Source: a virus
Reading direction: 5' to 3' (one strand)
IMG/VR virus record: IMGVR_UViG_3300020392_000004
DNA length: 64,000 nucleotides
Shown here: in pieces, positions 1 to 10,256 of the stretch
Layout: every line of letters begins with the position of its first letter
How positions within the stretch are numbered: position 1 is the stretch's first letter
The notes under the pieces: model-generated
Told to the model about the DNA's origin: nothing
The model's database searches: none
What the model saw: only the letters and a program-made list of their open reading frames with translations
Program-made: the position numbers and the translations under genes

Positions 1-3000
1 CCCATGTTGTTTGCCATGAGTTCCAAACTGTTCCTAAAGAGTTTCCAACTCCTGACATAACAGCGTCAAAGTTTCCTTCTCTATTAACTCTAACATCGGG
101 TAATCTTTCTGTATCGTTCCATATGTCGGTGCCTGGCGTTAATTTAACATTACCGATAAATGCAAAGACATGATATGGGTTAACATTAATATGTCTTGAA
201 GCTTTATCTTGATTAATATAATTTACTTCTGTAAATGGTAGAGTAATCAAGTCACCAGTCTGTTGATAGTTCGTTGAATTTGTTGTATCTAAATTCAAAT
301 CAAAGAACTGTTGCATATTTTGAGGTCTTAACATACCCATTTTTGTATCGATAGAACATTTATAATCGGGGTGGTTAACATCACCAATCTTATGTCCTCT
401 AAAGTTATCGACCAAGAATCCTGACTTGAATCTATCGAATCCGTCTGCATCTAATACCTGTGCAGATTGTGTATCTTTTTCTAATAGAGATAGGGAAGTG
501 ACTCTTTCTAGGTTTGTGACTCTTTTATTAATACGACCTATGTCTTTCATGGTGTATCGTCTATGGTCAAAACTTCTAACTTTAATCTCTGATAATTTTT
601 TTGTAAATGCTGGTATGAACAATTCAAACATTTCTATTGAATCGTCAATTGCTTTAGGTCTAGTTGGTGATAATGACGGGATACCTGTTGATATTTCAAA
701 TAGTCCGTCTTTACCAAGATAGATTCTATCTATTCTAGAAGTATAGAATTCTATATCTCCAACTGTTGCACCACCCTTCATAGGTGTGTCTAAAGCAGCT
801 GCACCTGCTCCTGTAAATACTTTGTTTTCATATTTGAATGGGTCACCACTTAATCCACTTGATATGTTTGCTGGACTACTTGGGTCGGGATTTGCAGAAG
901 AGAAGTTTGCATCTGAAAATAATTGTGCAACTGTTGGTCTATAATCGACTGCATCTGATAGTTCGTATTCACCATCAGGTTCTAATCCACCCATATCTAT
1001 TCTGTTCGGTGAGTAAACTGGTATTTCTTTATAGTCTAAACCTGCGTCTGTATATGAATTTACATCATAAAACTCTCCACCATTTGAAGTGAAGTTATCG
1101 AAGACTATGAGAATTGAATTGTTTGGTGTAGGTTCACCAGGCTTCAGTGTAATTTTTGCAATATCATAGAAACCATCTCTCTGACCATTGTCAAAGAAAT
1201 ATCTTTGTGTGATATTATCTGACCCTGTTGTTATTAGGTCTATATCTGCAGCTGCATTTGTTATTTGACCTACACATGTTTCTCCGTCTGTAAAGACAAA
1301 GTCATTTAAGTAATAGAAAAATGTTGACCCTGAATTTGCATATTTAACAATTCTTGCTTGGGCACCTGATGTTTGACCTATGATTACTTCGTCTTTTACA
1401 AAGTCTGTTCCTGTATAAGAAGCACCACCTAATCTTCCACTTGGAGGTAAAGGTGTAGAACCACCGATACCTTCATAGACTGCTCTAACTGATAATACAT
1501 CTGCAACACCTAATGTTATGTCTTTGTTATCATAACATGTTCCGTAATCTGAAGCACCTGCTACAAATGCAGTATCTACTATTGCACAACGAGACCTATT
1601 TAATACTTTGTTTCTATGTTCAGGTGAATCGTCAATAACTGTAAATGATACTAGATATTTTACTCCGTCTGAAGCAGTAGTATCGAACTGAATCGATTGA
1701 CCACCACCACCGAGGTTAGATGCAGTTGGAGGTGAACTTGCAAAATCTATCTCTGCACCTAATACATTTCCTCCACCTGTATTACCGTCAGTATTTAAAA
1801 TTGATAACTGGAAATTATCTCTATCTACTGTAGAGAAGGTTTCACCTGCTCCAGTTGTGATTGTGACCTTACCACCTGAAGCTGCAATCACTTTTTGTCT
1901 TCTTATTGATATTCTATCAGGTGTATGTTTTTTTACATAATCTCTTGGCCATGCATATATTGCTACTGCTTGGTCTTGGTCAAATAGTTTGACTCTCCTT
2001 CTTGTTGCAGAAGGGTTGACATCAAATGCTGTGACACTACTTGTTGCAACTGTTTGAGCTGTGACTGAATCTGTGACGGTAGAAATTACTTGTTCGTCAC
2101 CATTACCATCGATAATGATATCACCCTCTTTAAGTTCAGCAGTAAATCTTGTTCCAAAACCAGTGATATTACCATTGGCTGCAATTGATACACTTCCTGT
2201 TAATGTGTTATCACCGTCTGCAACTGCATCTGCTGTAAAGTCTGCATCACCTGAACCACTTCTTTCTTGTCCTATACCTCTAACTCTGTCTATGTTAAAT
2301 GTTCTAACTTGGTTTGCAATACCTCTAAAGTTTTCTCCGACTACAGTGAATGTTGCAGTTCCGTCACCTTCTGATGTAATTGTCTCACCATGCACGAATG
2401 TTCCTACAACATCATGAACATACATATTTACACCGTTGACATGACCTACGATACCTGTTGCACCTGATGTTCCACCGATAACTCTATCACCAACATTTGA
2501 ATTTGATATTGAGCTACCAGCTTTTAATTTAGTGAACATTTTTATATCAAAGAGATATAAACCTGTGTTATCGTTTGTGGCTCCAAAGTTGTCTATATGT
2601 CTAACTCTTGCAAAACCAATATGGTCTTCACTGTTTAGTGTTCCTGCTACTGCTGTGATACTTGGGAATAATTTACATATTGCATATGGTGTGATTGCAC
2701 TTGCACCACTCTCATTACCAAAATCGGGAAACCCAAAACCATTTTTGACTTTTATGAATTGTCCTAATCTTGTTGGAGTATTTGCAGTATTTAATGTGAC
2801 TGTTTGTCTTGCTTTGTTTATGTTTAGATTGGAAGTTCCAATTTTATCTATCTCATATCCCTTAACATATGCCTTTCCTGGCGATACTTGGAATACAAAT
2901 TTTTCTTCTTTACCACCTTGTGCTTTGAGATAGAATCCTCTGTTTGTTGAATCGTCTAAATGTTCTCTTAAACTATGTGTAAACTGATTGACTATGAAAT

Positions 3001-3940
3001 CACCGTTTGCATCGAAAGTTCTTCGTGCAAGAGTGTTTTCAATCTCTGTATACATAGGTCGATTAGTATGAAGTTCAATCTGACCTTTGTTAACTCTAAC
3101 TAACTCTATGAAGTTTGCATCTTCTGTGGAAGTTAAATCATATTTGGAAAGAGTTAATGTAAACTTGAGTCTATCAGCACCAGCTGCATTTTCATTTGAA
3201 GTTCCCTGTGCATTATCATAGAGAGAACTATCTTCTGCAACTGATATTAATTCTTCTTTTATTGTAAGACCTATTCTATTTGAAGGTTTTGCATTGTATT
3301 TTTCTAGAATTAATTGTTGTTCGTCTACTTTTACAAAGAATCCTCTACAAAATACTACACCCTCTGATATATTTGCAATAGAAGTTCTTCCAACTGGAGT
3401 TGTTGAAGCAGCTGCTACTTTAAAATCATTATTACTTGCTGTATCTTCTGCTACTGTTCCACTTGAATCGAATCCACACTTAACTAAAGTTTCGTCTCCA
3501 GCGAATGAGAATGAGTTGTTTGCATCTGTTCCTTGTCTTTCTAATCGAACATATAGAGTAATGAAATCTGTTGAGGTTTCTGCATCTGAATTGATAACTT
3601 TTGCAACGACACCTGTTGTTTGTCCTTTTATAAACTGACCATGGTAAGAAGTTCTGTATGATTCTACTGCAGCGTCACCACTTGAATTAGGGTTTGCAGC
3701 TAAAACTTTTACATAATATAAATCAAAGTCAATATCTGACTGGGCTCCTGTGACGATGGAACCTTCTTTGAAGAAATGGTCACCGAATCTTTCTATTTGA
3801 TTCTGTAATACAGATTGTGATTGTGTTAGTTCCCTTGCTTGTAAGGGACGACCAGCTCTGTATAACAGTTTATGAAACTGTTTTGATTCCGAATAATCAT
3901 CGTAATAGGGTGATATGTTTAAATCAGTCTTTTCTGCCAT
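1..3940 (-). CDS. Large virion structural protein, VrlC/DUF4815-like; runs off the left edge
   Basis: Not in the ORF track because it is truncated. ATG at 3940 reads MAEKTDLNISPYYDDYSESKQFHKLLYRAGRPLQARELTQSQSVLQNQIERFGDHFFKEGS, the typical VrlC-like N-terminus found after gp8 in marine T4-like phages. Confidence 0.85.
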   Translation of the reverse strand, partial: MAEKTDLNISPYYDDYSESKQFHKLLYRAGRPLQARELTQSQSVLQNQIERFGDHFFKEGSIVTGAQSDIDFDLYYVKVLAANPNSSGDAAVESYRTSYHGQFIKGQTTGVVAKVINSDAETSTDFITLYVRLERQGTDANNSFSFAGDETLVKCGFDSSGTVAEDTASNNDFKVAAASTTPVGRTSIANISEGVVFCRGFFVKVDEQQLILEKYNAKPSNRIGLTIKEELISVAEDSSLYDNAQGTSNENAAGADRLKFTLTLSKYDLTSTEDANFIELVRVNKGQIELHTNRPMYTEIENTLARRTFDANGDFIVNQFTHSLREHLDDSTNRGFYLKAQGGKEEKFVFQVSPGKAYVKGYEIDKIGTSNLNINKARQTVTLNTANTPTRLGQFIKVKNGFGFPDFGNESGASAITPYAICKLFPSITAVAGTLNSEDHIGFARVRHIDNFGATNDNTGLYLFDIKMFTKLKAGSSISNSNVGDRVIGGTSGATGIVGHVNGVNMYVHDVVGTFVHGETITSEGDGTATFTVVGENFRGIANQVRTFNIDRVRGIGQERSGSGDADFTADAVADGDNTLTGSVSIAANGNITGFGTRFTAELKEGDIIIDGNGDEQVISTVTDSVTAQTVATSSVTAFDVNPSATRRRVKLFDQDQAVAIYAWPRDYVKKHTPDRISIRRQKVIAASGGKVTITTGAGETFSTVDRDNFQLSILNTDGNTGGGNVLGAEIDFASSPPTASNLGGGGQSIQFDTTASDGVKYLVSFTVIDDSPEHRNKVLNRSRCAIVDTAFVAGASDYGTCYDNKDITLGVADVLSVRAVYEGIGGSTPLPPSGRLGGASYTGTDFVKDEVIIGQTSGAQARIVKYANSGSTFFYYLNDFVFTDGETCVGQITNAAADIDLITTGSDNITQRYFFDNGQRDGFYDIAKITLKPGEPTPNNSILIVFDNFTSNGGEFYDVNSYTDAGLDYKEIPVYSPNRIDMGGLEPDGEYELSDAVDYRPTVAQLFSDANFSSANPDPSSPANISSGLSGDPFKYENKVFTGAGAAALDTPMKGGATVGDIEFYTSRIDRIYLGKDGLFEISTGIPSLSPTRPKAIDDSIEMFELFIPAFTKKLSEIKVRSFDHRRYTMKDIGRINKRVTNLERVTSLSLLEKDTQSAQVLDADGFDRFKSGFLVDNFRGHKIGDVNHPDYKCSIDTKMGMLRPQNMQQFFDLNLDTTNSTNYQQTGDLITLPFTEVNYINQDKASRHINVNPYHVFAFIGNVKLTPGTDIWNDTERLPDVRVNREGNFDAVMSGVGNSLGTVWNSWQTTW

Positions 3941-3973
3941 AGTTTACTCTTATGTTGTTAAGATGTAATCAAA

Positions 3974-5416
3974 TTACATCTGAATAATCAGTTTAATATC
4001 TTCGATTTGGTCTGCAGCTCTTGTCACTGCACCCCTATTTTCGACATACATGATATTACCTGAATATTTTACTATTTCAGGGAATGAAGAATCTACTGAA
4101 CTTACTGTTCCGATACTTGAACTCCCTTTATAGATTGTATCTGTTGCAGAAAAGTTTACATATGTTCCACCACTGTTTGCTTGTGGGATATGAGAAACTA
4201 CATTTCCACTAATTGATACTATTCTAGAAACTGCCACACCTGAACCGTCTGCATTTGCATCACGGATAATGTCGTCTACTGATAGACCTGTGACAGATGA
4301 CAATGTCATTTTGTTATAAGCTGCATAGTTAGCGTCTGTTGCAACTGTTGTTCCTGTAGAGAATGGGTCTTGAATCAAACCAATTCGTCTGAAATCGTTA
4401 TCTGTTGGGAAATCACCTGAACCTTCAGCAAACTCTAATCTAGAGTTCACCATAACAAGGTTTCCACCTAATTCTTCGACTGGGTTTGCACCGTGTCCAT
4501 ATAAAGGTGATATGATAGGTGTGACCACTGCACTTGTGGTAGGAGTTCCAACTCCTGATATACCGTCAATATTAATTGAAGCTCTTCGATAACCTGTTCC
4601 ATTATTTGTGACTGTTATATGTGATACAACTCCTGATGCATTAACATGAACTGTGCATTGTGCAGAAGAACCGTCACCATTAATAGCAACAGTTTCATGT
4701 GTTTGTGAGGCTGTATAACCAGCTCCACCGTTCACAACTTTAACATGTAAAATACCACCGTCTATTGCGTCATTCTCTACATTCCATTGTGAACTTCCGT
4801 CATCGGATACTCCACCTAGAGCAGTCTTTGCACCAATAGTTTTAACAGGCATGAAATCTGTAGTAGTAAATTTAATTGTATCGGCAGCTGATACAGTATA
4901 CATATACTTCCAAAGATATCCTCGTCCTGTCACGGTTCCAGTATCACTAGTTTCAACTAATGCAGTTGAACTTGTTCCTGTTGGTTTTACTGTTGATTTT
5001 TGAAGAACTCCATTTGCATCTGTTCCTGTTCTAATACATTTGTAAACATTGAAATCCTCTGTGATTACATAAAATTTTGAATCGTATAGATTACTAGAGG
5101 AAGTTGCATTTGAAGTTGAAGAAGCTGATATTTCATGGTCATACTGGTCGTATATAGTATTTCCTGTTGAGTCCCAGTTTCTTCGTGATAGTGCATGAGA
5201 AACATCTGCTGAAGATACTTTCTTCAATGCTACCATATCTGAATATGCGTCCATTTCTTCACCTACTGAATTTGCTGGTGAAGGTGGTGCCGTGTCGTCT
5301 GTCCAAGGGAAAGGTCTCCCAATGAACATATATGTCGAGGAAGTTCCTTCCCCAAAATCTTCTATGAATTGTTTCGCACTATGTGTTCGAAACTTTTCGG
5401 TTATAATTGCTGCCAT
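3974..5416 (-). CDS. gp8: Baseplate wedge subunit gp8
   Basis: N-terminal MAAIITEKFR, VYKC...GYLWKYMY and C-terminal QIEDIKLIIQM motifs; gp6-gp7-gp8 gene order. Confidence 0.9.
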   Translation of the reverse strand: MAAIITEKFRTHSAKQFIEDFGEGTSSTYMFIGRPFPWTDDTAPPSPANSVGEEMDAYSDMVALKKVSSADVSHALSRRNWDSTGNTIYDQYDHEISASSTSNATSSSNLYDSKFYVITEDFNVYKCIRTGTDANGVLQKSTVKPTGTSSTALVETSDTGTVTGRGYLWKYMYTVSAADTIKFTTTDFMPVKTIGAKTALGGVSDDGSSQWNVENDAIDGGILHVKVVNGGAGYTASQTHETVAINGDGSSAQCTVHVNASGVVSHITVTNNGTGYRRASINIDGISGVGTPTTSAVVTPIISPLYGHGANPVEELGGNLVMVNSRLEFAEGSGDFPTDNDFRRIGLIQDPFSTGTTVATDANYAAYNKMTLSSVTGLSVDDIIRDANADGSGVAVSRIVSISGNVVSHIPQANSGGTYVNFSATDTIYKGSSSIGTVSSVDSSFPEIVKYSGNIMYVENRGAVTRAADQIEDIKLIIQM

Positions 5417-5435
5417 TTTAAATCTCCGTTATTGG

Positions 5436-5454
5436 TATTTATATACTATTTATA
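5436..5454 (-). promoter_or_regulatory. Two tandem T4-type late promoters (TATAAATA)
   Basis: TATAAATA on the minus strand at 5447-5454 and 5436-5443, upstream of gp8. Confidence 0.8.
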
Positions 5455-8400
5455 AAGAACTCAATGTAGAATTCGTTATTTTTGATGATTTTACATATGC
5501 ACTATGTGCTATATTACTTCTTTTCTTGTTTTGGATATCAAAGTTCTTAATTCTCATGCTTGGTAGTAAACTTTGCATTGAATCAAAAGTCAATCCACTT
5601 GGGTCTGAATCTTCTAATAATACAGAACCATACCCGTCCTCTAATACTATATGGTCTTCGTCTGCGTCATTTGATACATCTTCGTCCAATAGATAATGAG
5701 ATATTTTGTAAATATCTTGATTTACAAGATTATTTATGTCACCTAATTTATAACTTACAGGTGCATAAGAAGTTAATGTTTGACCTTGAGTTGATTCGTC
5801 TAACATAACTCCTCCGTCCTCTAATGTTATTTGGAAGTTGTCTTCTGTTAACATAGAAGATTGGTGAAGAGTTAAAACTCTTTCCGATAATATACTTCCT
5901 AAAGGTTCAGACATATATGTTCCGTCTTCTATTGCAATGTTGAACCCGTCTTCTGTCATAAATGTTCCACCGTGGTCTCCAAAGGTTGATTCCATTCTCA
6001 AAAGTGGGACTTCAACTTCTAGATGCATACGACCACCGTCTTCATATACAATGTTCTCTTCTTCCATTTGAACCGAAGGTATTACTATACCTAAATCTGC
6101 TGTTCGATACGATTCCATTCGTCTTTCGTATGGACTATGAGAAGGATTATTTACATTGTCTATGTTGATTGTTGTATCTCTATTCGTATCTATGACTGTG
6201 ATTTGTCCACCCATACCATTATGGTGTTGACAATAATAATGTAATGTATCAGGTGTATTCGAATCAACTGTTATACTAGTGACATATGTGCTTGTCACTA
6301 CACCTGTTGTATATGCACTACCACTATTATGTGTTCCGTCTGATGTTGTTGATAATCTTAATGGGTGTGCATTTGGATATCCAAAATCATATGTGTATCC
6401 TCTTTGTAATACTAGAGAAGCATTTCTTAAACCGTTTATATTATAAACATTTTTGATTCCATTATACTCAACTGATACATCTTTACTTTGCCTCATTGGG
6501 TTTGTAATTGTTCTCGTTGTCTTTCTTACTATTGCATTTGCAAGACTTGTAATAACTTCTATATTGAATCTTCTTTGTTTGAAGTTTTCTCCTAAAGAAG
6601 AAGGGCCTAATCCATGATTGTTAGGTAATACAATATCTGCACCACCTTTAATAACTGGTGTTGTTGAACCTATAGAGGATTCATCGAAAGGTTGGTGAAC
6701 GATTAATGGTGTATTCAAGTCTGAAGCATTTGTATACAACATTAATGTTGTGAGTAATTCTGTTATTGCATTTATATCGGGAGCTTCTTCTAGTATCAAA
6801 TGATAACCGTCTTCCATAATAATATTAGACTCGTCATCTCTATAGAGTGAATCTGCACCTTCCAAATCAAAATGATATGTAGGGAAAGCTTGCATTATTA
6901 TAGTTGGTATAAAATTAAATCTTGTTTCTGTTTCAATACCTACTTCGTTTCTAGGACTTCCACTATCAAGTATAACTGAATCATGTGGGTTTACAAATTG
7001 TTTAATTGCAACCTCACCAAAGAATATATGTCCCGAAGGGTGAACAAGGTCTTTAACCACTGACCTCCACCTATTGATAGACTCACCAACTTTAACAATA
7101 TAAGAGTGAGTCTGATATACATATCCGTCTTGAACATTTACAGCTGAAGAATCGATTGTTCCTTTATCTGTAAGTAGTTGTCTTTCAATAATACCTTCAC
7201 CACCTAACTTACCTCTTGACTGATATGGATTAAATTTTAAAACTTTAAAAGTATCAACACTATTGAATAAGACTTCTTCGTTATCCAAGAAGTGTCCGTC
7301 TAAATCAGTAAATGTTAATACTTGAGTATTTGCATCGAAAGATATTATCTTACCAGTAGAACCTGTGATTCTTCCTGTGAATGTCGAATTTGCATTTAAT
7401 GTTGCAGTCGGTGTTGTAATCAATGCTTTATAGTGTGATAAACTTGACATTACTGGATTCTCTTTAAAATTAAATCCTTGTTCTTTTACATTAATATGTC
7501 CTACACCACCTATCTCGTCTGAATATGCAAGTAGTTTTGCACCTGTTCCACTAGATACTTTAATTAAATCAGCTGCCCTCTGTGTTCCACTAGTTCCACC
7601 TGTGATTGTTTCACCTGATTGTGTAAACTGATTTGAGTCTGTTGACCTTCTTTTTACTACTAGTCTTTTTTTACCGTCTTTTTCTTCTTTTCTTACTATG
7701 ACAGCTGTTGCATTTGAAGTTCCACCAGTCACGACTTCGTTCTCTACAAATCCTGATAAATCACTTAAGTAAATATATCCGCCTGGAAATACTTGAGGTA
7801 ATTTTGTATAACCTGTTCCTGGCGATGTTATAACTGTGTTTCTAATTCTAGAATCTGTAGAAGTTAATTGTATTCTATCTCCGTCTTCCATTAACAAGTG
7901 ATTGAAGTCTGTATAAATTTCTATTAAGTGACCTGCTGTTTGACCACTGGTAAATGTGACTCTATCATTTTTAAATGTGTAATCTGTATAAGGTGTTTTC
8001 TCTATACCATTTACAAATACTCTTACACTATTGTCATTGAAAAATATTCTCTTACCGTTATTATCTCTACCATTGAAAACTGTTTGCCCTGCCGTTGCAG
8101 TTATTTCAAATTGTCCTATGTCTGTTCTGTTTTCTAATATGACAACATCTTCTATTGCACCGATAACACCTTCTGCAGCGTTTCCGTCTGCACCTGAATT
8201 ATCAAAGACAAGAATATCACCACCGTTATATCCTGTTCCAGCGTCTTCAATAAAGATTTGTTCGACACCACCTTTTCTTAAACCGTCAATAACACCTTTT
8301 GCATTTGATTCATCTCTATCAGCTTTTCCTCCCTCAAAGAATAGAGGGTCATTTAGTGAATACATGGAACCAAAAGATTGTTCTTCTAATAGTAATCCAC

Positions 8401-9709
8401 CTGATGTTGAATTGTTAAATCCTATAACATTTGTTGCAGCTGCACTTCCATTTGCAGTCAAGGTTGCAGTCACATCGTCTGTGACAGTTGCAATGGTATC
8501 TGTATATACTGTGTTAGATACTTTATATGATATTGTATCTCCAACTTTAAGTTCTCTTAAAAATTTAGAACTTGAACCAATTAATGTTGTAGAATTGGTT
8601 GCAATTGTTAAATTACCTGTCAATGCAGTTGGTTCTAATAATATAGAATCATTATCTTCTTGAGCCATGTAGATAGAAGAATCAGTTGTGACTATATCTG
8701 AAAGTATTCCTTTAACTCTTGCACTAACTGTTGTGACTCCGTCTCTATCTACAAAATCACATGGTCTCTCTTCTTCAAAAGTCCCAAAATGATTATTTGA
8801 TATCTCTAGAGAATACTGTCCTAGACTTGCATTAATAGTATATACATTTTCTACTATTGCTTCTGCTAGTATTGTGACTAAATCGTCTTGATATTGTATT
8901 ACTTTATCTGTTGCACTCGGTATATGATTTACATTATTCATTGTGACAGCGATTCTTCTCTTATCACTGTAATCTGATTCTGAAGCAAATATAGTTTGGT
9001 CTATCGGATATATTATTTCTGCGTCTTGACCAAATAGTATTCTTAATAAAAATTGTAATGACTCACCTGTTCCTTTCTTTTGATATAAGTCATTTATGTT
9101 TTTGATTGTTAGTCTTGCGTCTTTTGTATCGTCAATATCTAATGACGGGATAAAATCTTTTTGGAAATAATCTAAAAACTCTTCTGTTGTCGTATCAACA
9201 TCTGAATAGTTTAATAATTGATTGTTTGCAAGAACTGTATTGTGTTTGTATGATTCAACAACACCTGTTTGTGTTGCTTCTCCTAAATCTCTTCTATATC
9301 TTTTAGAGACTGTTTCTCCACTATCAAAACCTTTTCCTTCTATAGTTTCGATATAAAATGTATTACCATTTATTATTTTTATTTCTGCAACTGAACCAGT
9401 CTTCGAACCTACAAGATAGTCTCCAACTTCAAAAGGAGTTTTTTGTTGTTCGTGTAGAAGTCTCGATGTAGATGCATCGGGAGCTGGTTCGACAGTTTTT
9501 TCTTCTACTAATAAATAACCTTCGTCATTTTCTAATAATATTTCGTCCAAATCTCCTTGAGACGAGAGAGTTAATATCTCCGCCTCAAGGAATTCGAAGT
9601 ATGCTTTTAAGAACTGTTCAAAGACTGGTGCTTCGTCCATGACGAAGTCAGGCAATAGATTAGGTAATCTATCAGTTAGTCTTTGTATGTCAAAGTTCTT
9701 GTTTGCCAT
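5450..9709 (-). CDS. gp7: Baseplate wedge initiator gp7-like protein
   Basis: FLKAYFEFLE, LYQKKGT..SLQFLLRILFG and YQTHSY...VHPSG motifs; 1419 aa; lies between gp6 and gp8. Confidence 0.8.
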   Translation of the reverse strand: MANKNFDIQRLTDRLPNLLPDFVMDEAPVFEQFLKAYFEFLEAEILTLSSQGDLDEILLENDEGYLLVEEKTVEPAPDASTSRLLHEQQKTPFEVGDYLVGSKTGSVAEIKIINGNTFYIETIEGKGFDSGETVSKRYRRDLGEATQTGVVESYKHNTVLANNQLLNYSDVDTTTEEFLDYFQKDFIPSLDIDDTKDARLTIKNINDLYQKKGTGESLQFLLRILFGQDAEIIYPIDQTIFASESDYSDKRRIAVTMNNVNHIPSATDKVIQYQDDLVTILAEAIVENVYTINASLGQYSLEISNNHFGTFEEERPCDFVDRDGVTTVSARVKGILSDIVTTDSSIYMAQEDNDSILLEPTALTGNLTIATNSTTLIGSSSKFLRELKVGDTISYKVSNTVYTDTIATVTDDVTATLTANGSAAATNVIGFNNSTSGGLLLEEQSFGSMYSLNDPLFFEGGKADRDESNAKGVIDGLRKGGVEQIFIEDAGTGYNGGDILVFDNSGADGNAAEGVIGAIEDVVILENRTDIGQFEITATAGQTVFNGRDNNGKRIFFNDNSVRVFVNGIEKTPYTDYTFKNDRVTFTSGQTAGHLIEIYTDFNHLLMEDGDRIQLTSTDSRIRNTVITSPGTGYTKLPQVFPGGYIYLSDLSGFVENEVVTGGTSNATAVIVRKEEKDGKKRLVVKRRSTDSNQFTQSGETITGGTSGTQRAADLIKVSSGTGAKLLAYSDEIGGVGHINVKEQGFNFKENPVMSSLSHYKALITTPTATLNANSTFTGRITGSTGKIISFDANTQVLTFTDLDGHFLDNEEVLFNSVDTFKVLKFNPYQSRGKLGGEGIIERQLLTDKGTIDSSAVNVQDGYVYQTHSYIVKVGESINRWRSVVKDLVHPSGHIFFGEVAIKQFVNPHDSVILDSGSPRNEVGIETETRFNFIPTIIMQAFPTYHFDLEGADSLYRDDESNIIMEDGYHLILEEAPDINAITELLTTLMLYTNASDLNTPLIVHQPFDESSIGSTTPVIKGGADIVLPNNHGLGPSSLGENFKQRRFNIEVITSLANAIVRKTTRTITNPMRQSKDVSVEYNGIKNVYNINGLRNASLVLQRGYTYDFGYPNAHPLRLSTTSDGTHNSGSAYTTGVVTSTYVTSITVDSNTPDTLHYYCQHHNGMGGQITVIDTNRDTTINIDNVNNPSHSPYERRMESYRTADLGIVIPSVQMEEENIVYEDGGRMHLEVEVPLLRMESTFGDHGGTFMTEDGFNIAIEDGTYMSEPLGSILSERVLTLHQSSMLTEDNFQITLEDGGVMLDESTQGQTLTSYAPVSYKLGDINNLVNQDIYKISHYLLDEDVSNDADEDHIVLEDGYGSVLLEDSDPSGLTFDSMQSLLPSMRIKNFDIQNKKRSNIAHSAYVKSSKITNSTLSSL

Positions 9710-9718
9710 TACTCAATA

Positions 9719-10186
9719 TTATGCAAGTGCATATCCATTACCTGCTAGCACATGCCAACCACCGTTAGAAGAGCCTGCCCATACTAATACTACTGATTCA
9801 CCAATTGTGCTCAATGTAATAGTAGAGTGACCTGCTAAAGTTGTAGGTGTGATAACAATGTTGTGTGAACCTGCTGGTTCTGTAGAAGCAACAATGATTT
9901 TTAATTCACCAGTGTCACTTGAATCAGGTAAACTCAAAGCAAGGTCTGCTGAAACTGAATCAGCGTCTACTGCAACGATACCACCGTCTGCAATTGAACC
10001 TGCTGATGATACAACATTAACATCGTTAATTGCCAAGTGAGTTGGAATTGCTTCGAAAAGACTTGAAATTGCAAGTCTTTTGTTTACAGGTGACCCACTA
10101 GGGTCATCTACAACATGCAGAATGTCGGCTGCACCAACTTCTGACTTATTCATTACGGTCAAAGCCGTGATTTTTTTATCTGCCAT
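9719..10186 (-). CDS. Putative virion structural protein ([10 protein letters not shown]-terminus)
   Basis: Strong AGGAGG Shine-Dalgarno, beta-rich composition, inside the baseplate operon. Confidence 0.6.
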   Translation of the reverse strand: MADKKITALTVMNKSEVGAADILHVVDDPSGSPVNKRLAISSLFEAIPTHLAINDVNVVSSAGSIADGGIVAVDADSVSADLALSLPDSSDTGELKIIVASTEPAGSHNIVITPTTLAGHSTITLSTIGESVVLVWAGSSNGGWHVLAGNGYALA

Positions 10187-10256
10187 TCTCTTTTCCTCCT
10201 ATAATCCAATTGAATGGGAAACTACTCGGGGGACTCCCGACCACTTTATACATTTA

